Part shown: piece after piece, positions 27,541-39,529 of the stretch
Numbering within the stretch: the stretch's first letter is position 1
Layout: the number at the start of each line of letters is the position of its first letter
Source of the DNA: Octopus sinensis
Taxonomy: Eukaryota
Direction: 5' to 3'
DNA: 64,000 nt
Assembly: GCF_006345805.1 (NCBI RefSeq)
Contig: NC_043021.1
Span: 26,908,001 to 26,972,000 of the forward strand
Notes under the pieces: model-generated
Database searches by the model: none
Seen by the model: the letters and a program-made list of their open reading frames with translations, nothing else
Told to the model about the DNA's origin: nothing
Made by a program: the position numbers and the translations under genes

Positions 27541-29778
27541 TATGAGAAGCTGCTAAATAAGGAAAATGAATGGGATAAAGAGTCTGCCGAATGTCGACCC
27601 AACAGAGGGACCAGCTATCCGAGTTGACAGTTCCTTAGTAGTTAAGGCAATTAGTAGCATGAAGACAGGGAAAGCCCCAGGCCCATCAGGAATTACTGCA
27701 GAGATGCTTAAAATATCTGGTAGTGTCGGCTATAGCCTGGTCACCCGTTTAGTTAACCAGGTGATACACGAAGGAGTCATACCCAATGACTGGTGTAGCA
27801 GCATAATAGTCAACTGCTACAAAGGTAAGGGTGAAGCTTTAGATACAAATAATTACAGAGGTATCAAGCTGTTGGATCAGGCAATGGATGTTACGGAGAG
27901 GGTCATAGCCCAACTGATTAGGGAGAGAGTCAGCTTGGATAAGATGTAGTTTGGTTTCGTGCCAGGAAAAAGCACCACTGATGCCATATTTCTGGTGAGA
28001 CAGCTGCAGGAGAAATACCTAGCCAAGGATAAGCCCCTGTACCTGGCTTTTGTTGACATGGAGAAAGACTTTGACAGGGTCCCCCGATCCCTTATCTGTT
28101 GGTCAATGAGGAAACTAGGGATAGATGAATGGTTAGTGAGAGCTGTGAAAGCCATGTACAGAGACACTGTAAGGTGAGGGTTGGCAACGAGTACGCTGAA
28201 GAATTCCGGGTAGAGGTAGGTGTCCACCAAGGTTCAGTCCTCAGCCCCCTCCTATTTATCATAGTCCTCCAGGCAATAACGGAGGAATTCAAGACAGGAT
28301 GCCCTGGGAGCAACTCTATGCTGATGACCTTGCTCTAATTGCTGAGTCACTATCAGAACTGGAGAAGTTTCAGGTGTGGAAGCAAGGATTAGAATTGAAG
28401 GGCCTTAGAGTCAACCTAGCTAAAACCAAAGTCCTAATATCTAGGAAGGCAGGCAAATCACAAATGCCTTCAGGTAGATGGCCCTGCTCAATCTGTAGAA
28501 AAGGTGTAGGTAGAAACTATAAGATGCACCAAGTGTAAGCTATGGACACATTAGAGGTGCAGCAATGTCAAAGGAAGGCTAACTAGGAAGATGGTTTTCG
28601 TATGTGGCAGATGCTCTGGTGCAATAAACACTGGAAATGCGCAGAGACCAACTTCCGCCACATTCCAGGGAGAAAAACTAGAAGTAGTTGATAGCTTCCG
28701 TTATCTAGGTGACCAAGTCAGTAGCGGGGACGAGTGTGCTGAAAGTGTAACTGCTAGAGTAAGAATAGCCTGGGCAAAGTTCAGAGAGCTCCTACCTCTG
28801 CTGGTGACAAAAGGCCTCTCGCTCAGAATAAAAGGCAGACTGTATGATGCATGTGTACGAACAGCCATGCTACATGGCAGTGAAACATGGGCTGTGACTG
28901 CTGAGGATATGCGTAAGCTTGCAAGAAATGAAGCCAGTATGCTCCGATGGATGTGTAATGTCAGTGTTCATACTTGACAGAATGTAAGTACCTTGAGAGA
29001 AATGTTGGACCTAAGAAGCATCAGTTGTGGTGTGCAAGAGAGACGTTTGCGCTGGTATGGTCATGTGACAAGAATGGATGAAGATAGTTGTGTGAAAAAG
29101 TGCCACTTCCTAGCGGTTGAGGGAACCTGTGGAAGAGGTAGACCCAGGAAAACCTGGAACGAGGTGGTGAAGAACGACCTTCGAACTTTAGGTCTCACTG
29201 AGGAAATGACCAGAGACCGAGACCTTTGGAAGTATGCTGTGCGTGGGAAGACCCAGCAGGACAAGTGAGACCATAACCCATGGCCTCTACCTGGGACGTA
29301 GCCAGCCCACTTTGTGACACAAACCCTACTTGTGAAGACCTGTTGAGGCAAGTGAAAATCGAAATCTTTCAACATCAATGGAAATTGTAGCTGAGATACC
29401 AGTGCCGGTGGCATGTAAGAGAACCATCCGAACGTGGCCATTGTCAGCGCCGCCCCGACTGGCCTCCGTGCCGGTGGCACATAAAAAGCACCATCCAATT
29501 GTGCTGTTGCCAGCCTCGACTGGCCCCTGTGCCGGTGGCATGTAAAAAGCACCATCCGATCGTAGCCGTTTGCCAGCCTCGTCTGGCACCTGTGCAGGTG
29601 GCACATAAAATGCACCCACAACACTCTCGGAGTGGTTGGCGTTAGGAAGGGCATCCAGCTGTAGAAACACTGCCAGGTCAGACTGGGCCTGGCACAGCCT
29701 TCTGGCTTCCCAGACCCCTGTTGAACCGTCCAACCCATGCTAGCATGGAAAACGGACGTTAAACGATGATGATGATGA
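27541..29778 (+). mobile_element. RTE-clade LINE family 1, 5'-truncated and decayed (RT region + 3' UTR + (GAT)n tail)
   Basis: Split frames give KAPGPSG, NYRGIKLL, FVDMEKDFDRV, HQGSVLSPLLF, LYADDL, FRYLG and RRLRWYGHV. Stops and frameshifts present. 3' UTR tandem repeats and GATGATGAT tail. Confidence 0.95.
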
Positions 29779-29780
29779 GG

Positions 29781-30840
29781 ATATATCACCTTGATCACCT
29801 TGACCGACCAGTCCGTCAGGCGTCCATCTGACACCGCTGGTCACAGCACGCTGTCCACTCCTCTCTGGATCGCGCCTTTTTCATCCACGTGATCCCAATC
29901 GTCCTCCTGAAATTGTAACTCCACCATCGTGGAGGTCTTTTCCGCTCGCGTGGGTACCACTCAACAACTGCGTGCGTCCACCGATTATCGGTGAGCCGGG
30001 CGACGTGTCCAGCCCATCTATACTTACTGCGTGTATACTCTGCGATGACATCCCTCACACTGGACTTCTTTCTGATGATCTCGCTACTTATGTGCTCTCT
30101 CAACGAGATACCAAGCATTGACCTTTCCATGGCTCTTCGAGCCGTTACCAGTCACTGCTCTTCTCTCTTTGTGGTAGCCCATGTTTTACTACCATATAAC
30201 ATTGCAGGCAGAACTGCACTGTTAATGAGGTTGGTGCGGGTGGTCCTGTCCAACCTTCCCTTGAGCACATCCCTTATGCCATTGAACGCCTTCTATCCGG
30301 CCCTTACTCTCCGTGAGATCTCCTTTTCGATATCTTGGCACATATTTACTTCCTGTCCCAGGTAGACATATTCCCTTACCTCCTCTATTTCATCACTGCC
30401 GATCACCATTCGACCTGTTGGTATGTTGTCTGACCGCATGAACTTTGTTTTCATGCGATTCATCTTGAGACCTACTGCAGAGCTTTTGATGTTGAGCTCG
30501 GTCAGCATGGTCTGAAGCTGATCCGTGTTTTCAGCGATGAGTACGATGTCGTCAGCGAAACGGAGGTGGGTGAGGAGCTCACCATTGATGTTGACACCAC
30601 CTCGCCAGTCTATGATCTGTTCGAGACGTGCAGTGAAAAGTTTTGGGGAGATTGTATCTCCTTGCTTCACTCCCTTCTCGACCAGCACTCGTATGGGTGA
30701 TGACAGTAGAGCTATGTTGGTGGTGCATCCGGAATTTGCCTCTCTGAGCAGCTGCACATATTGCGCTTCGACTCCTTGCCTCTGCAGTGAGTTCAGCACT
30801 GCATTGGTTTCAACGCTATTGAAGGCCTTCTCATAATCTA
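29781..30840 (-). mobile_element. RTE-clade LINE family 2 (RTE-1-like), 5'-truncated, tail-to-tail with family 1
   Basis: DYEKAFNSV, GVKQGDTISPKLF, LRFADDIVL, YVYLGQ and RWAGHVAR motifs with internal stops. Tail (CAAGGTGAT)2. Confidence 0.92.
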
Positions 30841-30938
30841 TATATTCTCATAGAGTATATATATGAACTCCTGAATATATATGTCTATCTATCTATATAT
30901 ATATATATATATGTATGTATACACAGGGAAATTATTAT

Positions 30939-30972
<34 letters not shown>

Positions 30973-30980
30973 CATGTGTG

Positions 30981-31282
30981 TGGAGGCGCAATGGCCCAGT
31001 GGTTAGGGCAGCGGACTCGCGGTTGTAGAATCATGGTTTTGATTCCCAGACCGGGCGTTGTGAGTGTTTATTGAGTGAAAACATCTAAAGCTACACGAGG
31101 CTCCGGCAGGGGTGGTGGCGATCCCTGCTGTACTCTTTTGCCACAACTCTCTTTCACTCTTTCTTCTGTTGGCCTGCTCGCTTAGCCAGCGGGGTGGCGT
31201 CATTTGAAGGCTAAAACAGTGTGAAGCGCATTGTGACCAGTGATGTGTAGCAACATCTGATAGCCTGGTCGGTCACGGTGAT
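30981..31282 (+). mobile_element. tRNA-derived SINE (possibly tRNA-Arg-like head) with RTE family-2-related 3' tail
   Basis: A-box TGGCCCAGTGG and B-box-like GTTTTGATTCC. The last ~57 bp align to LINE 29794-29851. Confidence 0.85.
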
Positions 31283-31819
31283 ATATATATGTATATATAA
31301 ACACACCACACGTATACATTCACACACACATACACACTTTATAAAAAGATATGAAAACTTACAAACCAAAATACTTTGTCTGAGGGTAGTATGTACATGT
31401 GTGTATTCATGGTTGATTGTTTGTGTGCATGTGTTGAGGTGGGTGGGTATTCTGTAAAAAAACGAAATAAGATAGGAAAATGAAAATGGTAGTGTTGTTG
31501 CCCAAAGGAGAGTTTTGTAAAGAAACTAGGTGAAGTATTCATGTGACACACAAACATATGAAAGAAAGAGAGGAAGGCGACACAGGGAGGGAAGATAGAT
31601 AGATAGATAAGGGGAGAGAGAGGGGGAAGAAAGAAAGGGATGAATGCCTAGTTAAAAAGAACAGCTTCTACAACACAATTAAGGGTAATGGTAGGGGACA
31701 ATAGAAAATAAAAATGATAAGATGAAAACAAACAAGTAGGGAATTCAGAAATGAGAACATGGATCAATAAAGCTGTTTATGGAAGGGAGCAATTCAAATG
31801 ATATGACTTTGAATCCGTT

Positions 31820-31850
<31 letters not shown>

Positions 31851-31991
31851 TTCTATCTCTCAGTGTCTATCTCACTAATTATTACTCAGGGGTGGGGAAG
31901 GGTTAAACATTGGACTGTAGATATGCTCTGCTCTCATCATATGTGTGTATGTGTGTGTGCACATGTGTACATGTATATGTATGTATCTATT

Positions 31992-32048
<57 letters not shown>

Positions 32049-32969
32049 GGAGAGAGAGAGAGATGGATAGATACATGCACGCATACATATACAGTACAGA
32101 CATATGTGTACATATAACTCGCAACTAAATGTGTTGAGTGTTTTCTTTCATTTGTGCACTCACTCATTTGTCTACATTCATGCACAATATGTACACACAC
32201 ACACACATGCACAAATGAATAAACACACACAGACCTGAAGGGTTATCAACCAGAAAAAGCCCATTTTAGAGAAACTGTTCATCCCATCCCAGGACAACTA
32301 CAAAGCCAATACAAGTACTCAACACACACACACACACATCAATCTATCACCTTATCTAGTTCACTTTGCAACCAAGTGGTTTCAATTTCAATCCCACCAT
32401 ATGGCATCTTGGGTAAATATTTTCTATATAGTACAAGGCTGACCAATGCCTTGTGAGTGAACTGGATCAAAGGAAACTCTGTGGAAGCTCATTATATATA
32501 TATGCATGTGTGTATGTGTGTGTGCATGCATGTTTATGTGTGTGTGTGTGTGCATATGTGCACACACACATACACACACACACATCTTTTATCTTTTACT
32601 TATTTCAGTCATGCTGGGGTACCACCTTGAAGAATTTTAGTCAAACGAACTGATTCCAGTAATTTTTTTTTTATAAGCCAAGTTACATATTCTATTGCTC
32701 CCGTTTGCTGAACTGCTAAGTTATGGAGAAATGAACACATCAACACTGTGTGGGGTACACACACACAAATATATATATTCAAAGGGGTTCTTTAAGTTTC
32801 CCTCTACTAAATCCACTCACAAGTTTCTCGTCAACCCAATGTTATAGTAGAAGATATTTGCCAAGGTGCCATGCAGAGAGACTGAACCGAGAACCATGTG
32901 GTTGAGAAGCAAGCTGCTTACCACACAGCCATACTTGCACTTCACAGACACACCTGTGTGTGTGTGTGT

Positions 32970-33003
<34 letters not shown>

Positions 33004-36000
33004 GTGTGTGCGTGTGTGTTACCTTCATTTCTGTTTATATATTTCAGCCATTGGACTATAGCTATGTTGGGGCATCATCTTGGTGGGTCTAGTTGAACAA
33101 ATCACCCCCAGCACATACATTCTAAAGTCAGTAATTCTATTAATCTCTTTTGCTGAACTGCTAAGTTACAGGATATAAACAAATCAACACTGGTTGTCAC
33201 ACAGTGAGAGTGGACAAACACATACACACACACACACACTGACGGTTTCCATCTACCAAATTTGCTCACAGGACAAGTCAGCTTGGGTGGAAATGGTAGA
33301 AAACAGCCAAAGTGCTATGCAGTGGCACTGACCTCAAAGCTGCATGGTTTTATGGTCAGTGACCTCCTTTAGCCATATGCTTTATGCTCTTGATACTTTG
33401 AGTGCTTCAGGTTTCTGCTTTCAAAGATGCAATGCAAATATACAAAGTTGAAAGAGACAGAGGGAAACAGTGAGTTATGGAGAGAGAAAGAATAATGGAA
33501 TAGAGTAAGAGAGAATAAAAGAATAGTATAGAAAGAAATTGAATGATAGAAGTGTGAAAGACAGAAGGTAATGGGACAAGAGAAAGAGATAGATAGAGGG
33601 GCAAGGAGAGACAGAGAGAGAGGGTAATGAAATCAGAAAGAAGAGAGAATCATGGGACAGTGATAAAAGCGAGATATAAGAAGCATGGCTGTTTTGGTTA
33701 AAAGGTTTGCATTGTGACCACTTGGTTCTCAGTTCAACTCCATTGTATGGCACATTTGGCAAGTGGGTTCTGCTATAGCCCCAGGCCAGCCAATGCCTTG
33801 GCAGTGAATTTGGAAGCTTGCTGTATGTATGTGTGTATGTGTGTATGTATGTATGTATGAGTATATAGGTGTGTGTAAATCTGTGTGTATGTATGAGTGT
33901 GTGTGTTGTGTGTATATGTATATCTGCCTGCGTGTTCGTCCCCAACCACTTGACAACCAGTGATGGTTTGTTTACATCCTTGTAACCTAGCAGTTTGGCT
34001 AAAGAGACCAACAGAATAAGTACCAAACTTTAAAAAAAAAATGGAAAAGCAAAAAGAAGTCCTGGGCGGGATCAATTTGTTCAATGAAAAACCTTCAAGG
34101 CAGTGCTCCAGTATGGCTGCATTTCAATGAATAGAACAAACAAATGATAAAACATAGACAATAGATGTCCGTGTGTGTGTGTGTGTGTGTGTGTGTATTT
34201 ATTTGACAGTAATTACAATAATGACAGCATCAACAATCACAATGATAGCAATCACCATAACAACAAAGATCAGTGTTTTTTATGAGAGGATCCAAAGATC
34301 CAAACGGTACCTTCTGGGAATAAGAAGATGTTACGGTGATATACAACTGTTTCTTAGACAGCTCATCATCATCACTACCACCTCTACCACCATCATCATT
34401 ATCGTCACCACAACCAACACCACTGTCATCACCATCACCACCAACACAACCGACACTACCACAACATCCACTAATGCAACCACTACCACCACCACCACCA
34501 CAATGAATGCTACAATCACCAACACTTCCACCACAATAAGTCACCTTTGACACCACCACCACCACTACAACAACAAATCACAACTGCTATTGTCATCATT
34601 ACCCCTATCATGACAGCCACCACCACCACAGTCACTGCCACCATTACCAATAAAACCACAACTATAATCACAACTACAGTCACCACCACCACCACCAATA
34701 CAACAACAATCTCCTACACTACTACTACTGCTACAACAACAGTTGCACCACCAACACTACAACGTTCACCACCACCACCACCAGAGTAACATCTGCTAGC
34801 ACCACCACTGTAAATACAAAGTTATTTTCCATTTGATCCGTGGGGATTGACAAAATTATGTCACCGACTGACAGGAATGGCAGGAAGGGAGCAGCAAAGA
34901 AGCACACATCTTACACACATACACATTCTCAGATGTATACACATATATGTATAGAGATACGTACATGCACGCACACATATAAGAATATTAACTTAGATCT
35001 TATGTAATAATATACATATGCTGTTGGTGACAACATGCAACCTTTTAAAAATATTATCCGGGATATTATGTAACTATGTACGGTATTGGCAGACATTATA
35101 CAATTGTACGTGTGTTAACTGACTTTATGCCATCACACATACACACATATAGAGATACATGCATACGCATACATATATATACACACACACTCATACATAT
35201 AGATACACACATGCTCTCATATACATGCATACACACATACACGCTCACACACATACGTGTGTGCATATATACACATGCACACACTCATATATATAGATAC
35301 ACACACGCTCTCATATATATGCATACACACATACACACTCACACACATATATGTGTGTGCATATATACACATGCACACACTCATAAACACGTATAGATAG
35401 ATAGATAAACATACATACATACAGATATATATATAAATGCATGCATTATAATATCTCAGTATTTCACATAAGGGTGGCGAGCCGGAAGAATTGTTAGTAC
35501 AACAGGCGAAATGCTTAGCGGTATTTCGTCTGCCGTTACGTTTTGAGTTCAAATTCCGCCAAGGTCAACTTTGCCTTTTATCCTTTCAGGGTCAATTAAA
35601 AAAGAACCAGTTATGCACCGGGGTCGATGTACTCAACTTAATCCATTTGCCTGTCCTTGTTCATCCCCTCTATGTTAAGCCCCTTGTGGGTACTAAAGAA
35701 ATAAATATTTCACATACACAGAATACATGTGTATGTGTGTTATGCAAAGACACACATTAATACATACACACATAAACACACACACATACACATTATACAA
35801 TGATATTACATTTATGCATATCTTAACCTATTTATTAAACATATTCACATATTAACACATATATTATACAGTCATACAAATACATTAACATATATATTAT
35901 ACAAACATACATGTATTAAAATACATGTATTATACAACCATATGCACTTTAATATATACAAATATATACATATATTAGCATATACATTATTGAACCATAT

Positions 36001-37688
36001 ATACATACTGACATACATAATTATCATATAACCATATGCATGTCAATATTTACTATAATACACATGTTATATAACCATGTAGACATATTAACATGAAGTT
36101 TATACATACATTAACAATATACATTAATAGCATACTGACAACATACATTATATATATACATGTGATGTACACACATTAGTAATATACATTATATCGATAA
36201 ATTAAAATGTCAACAACCAGGAGGAAAAATAATAAAAATACAATTAACAAGTAAAAGATGAATAAAAGAAAGAAATCTATCGATTGTCACAACAATCTCC
36301 GATAAGCATCAATATGTGAGCCAATGGTGGAGCTTTTAAGTGGTTGTCCCAATATGTTAGAAATAGCAGCCAGCAGGTACCTACAGAATCACACCTATAC
36401 TGTGTATATCTATCTATCTATCTATCTATGTATACACACACACATGCATATACAAATGTTACTTCTGTAAATATAGATGGAAGGTCACTAGTGGGATGAT
36501 TATAAGTCTGTAGAAGCAGAGTTGATCTGGGTTACGTGATAAGCACTCAGCTGTTTATGAGTGAAGTGGTAGATTGCATACTTGATGCAATAAACCTAGA
36601 AATTTTAATTTAATTAATTAAAAGGCAGCCCCATTAGTGATGATGATGACCTCATGAAAAGGTAAAACTGACAAAAAAAAAAAGAAAAAAGAAAACTCAG
36701 AAATTAATTAATGAATTAGAATTGATTGAATATGGAATTAAGTGAGAAGTAAGCTGTCTTTAACAGCATGGTGATTGATATCTCTAGCTATGTTCCTGCT
36801 TTATTAGGTCTCATCAATTAAATGTAAGGTTAACCAGTGGTTCTTAACCTGGGCAAATACAAGCACTCCTTTAAGGGCAGTGAGAGCTCACATGGAGGCA
36901 GCAAATTTCAAGGGAAGCATCTTTAGCATAAGGTTCCTTAGAAACCAGGTGTAATACTTAGATTCATCATCACTGCTTTAATGTTCACTTTCTATGCTTT
37001 CTAACGCCAACCACTCCAAGAGTGTAGTGGGTGCTTTTATGTGCCACCGGCTTCTTGATTTTAATAATTTGGGGTGGAGGCCAGTTGATTACATCAACCT
37101 CAGTACTCATCTGGTACTTATTCGATCGACCCTCAAAGGATGAAAGGCAAAGCAGATCTTGGAGGAATTTGAACTCAGAATGTAATGACAGACAAACTGC
37201 TGCTATGCATTCTGCCTGGTGTAATAACAATTCTGCCTGCTCACCACCATGTGGGGGAGCATCATAGCCATGTGCTGAGAGGAATTCTTTGGAGTTTGAA
37301 TAATTCACCTCTGGAAACATGGGTATTTCGTTCATCATCCTTAAACAAATTTTATTCAAGGACCTTTTGAGTGAGATGAAAATTCTAACTGGGTCCCACC
37401 TGCAAGGTCATGCATTGTTTATCTTGATATGAGATCACCATGTCGTGCACATATGGTTGCAATGCATGTGCTTGGTTTACTCTCTCTCTCTCTTGCACTC
37501 AATAATAATAATAATAATAATGACAACGGTTTCTAATTTGTCAGAAATAATGAAAATATTGTTCCTTAGTCTATTTATATATAGATATCAAAAGTCTTTG
37601 ATATCTAAGGAAATTATATGAAACACTGCTTTGATGTTTCATTTCATTCGGTGTTTCATATATATATAATGCATATAAATATATATAA

Positions 37689-37720
<32 letters not shown>

Positions 37721-37737
37721 CTTTTATATATTATCCT

Positions 37738-38430
37738 CATCATCATCATTTAATGTTCGCTTTCCATGCTCATATGGGTTGGATGATTTTGACTGAGGGC
37801 TGGCGAACCAGAGGGCTGCACCAGGCTCCAATCTTGATCTGGCAGAGTTTCTACAGCTGGATGCCCTTCCTAACGCCAACCACTCCGAGAGTGTAGTAGG
37901 TGCTTTTTATGTGCCACCGGCACGGGGACCAGTCAGGCAGTACTGGCAATGACCTTGCTCAAATCTTTTTACACATGCCACCGGCACAGGTGCCAGTGAA
38001 GCAACGTTGGTAACGATCACGCTCGAATGGTGCCTTTTTACACGCCACGGGTACGGAAACCATTGGCTGCTCTGGCAACGATCACACTCGGATGGTGCTC
38101 TTGGCACCCTACTAGCACAAACACAAGTGCCAGTAAGGCGATGCTGGTAATGATCATACTTGAATGGTGCCCTTTTATGTGCCGTTTAGCCGCTCTGTCA
38201 ATGATCACACTTGAATGGTGCACTTGGCACCCGCCAGCATGCATGCCAGTCATTGAATTGATTTTGATTTTGATTTCACTTGCCTCAACAGGTCTTCGCA
38301 AGCAGAGTTTAGTGACCAAAGAAGGAAAAGGTATGCATAAGCGGGCTGGTTATGCTCCTGGCATAGGCCACAGGTTATGGTCTCATTTGGCTTGCCAGGT
38401 CTTCTCAAGCACAGCATATTTCCAAAAGTC
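37738..38430 (-). mobile_element. RTE family 1 3' UTR fragment (older, diverged)
   Basis: Contains the CTGGATGCCCTTCCTAACGCCAACC motif, ~60-bp tandem units and a (CAT)n tail. Confidence 0.85.
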
Positions 38431-38843
38431 TGATGAAAATGATGATGATATAAATATATATATAAGGGAAAGAGAGAGAGAGGTAAAGCTATATATTGCT
38501 CTAATGCTTAGAGTGTGCTTTTTCTGATATATGATCTATTGACGATATACATATATATACATACATACATATATACACAGACAGACAGATAGATAAGTTA
38601 GATGGATCATGTATGTATATGTACATATGTGTATATATATGTATATACTATGAAGTGAAATTTCTGAAGTCCATTCCATTCTCACCATAATTAACACAGG
38701 TGACCTAAATGCTAAATGCAATCACACTTCATATGATGAGGGTGCCGAAAATGTTTCTGAGTACAGTGTATTCTTCTCAAATAAAGTCTAGAGCTGTCCC
38801 GATTGTAATCCAACTGAGAATAAATATTGATTAGAAGCCTTAC

Positions 38844-38956
38844 GTAATTATTGTTGTCGTTCTTAGAATGAAAGAATTACTTTTGGCTCTAATTTAGTTG
38901 CTATGGTTTTTGTCTTTACTCCTCCACAATTCTTTTTGACTCATAGCATTAAAAGA
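38844..38956 (-). other. candidate exon (UTR, contains short ORF MSQKELWRSKDKNHSN*)
   Basis: Long polypyrimidine tract ending TTTTTAG| and donor TAC|GTAAGG. Confidence 0.25.
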
Positions 38957-39346
38957 CTAAAAAAAGAAAAGAGGAAAAAAGAAAAATACACAAGAAGAGA
39001 AAAGAATTGCTCAACAATTCTTTCGACCATTAATTGCACTAATTGTCTCCCATAGCATATAAAAGACTGAAACTCTCCTACTTCAATGTCTTCTTTCTCT
39101 CTGTCTCTTTCTTTCTCTCTCCTAATAATGTCTTATTTGTCTGTTTTGTAAGATTTTTCTATTTCTTGGTCGAGTTCACTGACTTTTTTCTTTTTTATAT
39201 CTCTCTCATTCAGTACACTGGCTGAGCTATACACAGAAATAATAGCTACCTTTCTCTTTATCTAACATACTCTTTCCCTAACCACACTTCGCTCTATCGT
39301 TCAGTCTTTTATCTTTATTATTTCTTTAACTATTCATTTAACAGTC

Positions 39347-39382
<36 letters not shown>

Positions 39383-39529
39383 ATTTCATCTGTCTATTTT
39401 TTTTCCTCTCTGTCTCAATATTTATGATCACATATAGTGTTCTCTACATTTCTCTGTCCATCTTTCACTATATTTCTCTATCTTCCTCTTAACCTAAATA
39501 ATAATAATAAGAAAAATAATGATAATAAT

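Noticed and set aside
26256-27602. 429-aa, 283-aa and similar Y/I/H/T or M/Y/V/C ORFs
   Set aside because: Translations of a (TACA)n/(TA)n microsatellite that lacks stop codons. The same applies to 3153-3689, 18907-19671 and 35076-35552.
30981-31060. tRNA gene
   Set aside because: Degenerate B-box and cloverleaf, and it continues into a SINE body and LINE-derived tail. It is a SINE head, as are the SINE-A/B/E heads.
34173-34789. Thr-rich mucin-like ORFs (also 1312-1815, 9835-10227, 19672-20079, 60034-60863)
   Set aside because: Degenerate (CAC/CAT/CAA)n trinucleotide tracts with no splice or domain support.
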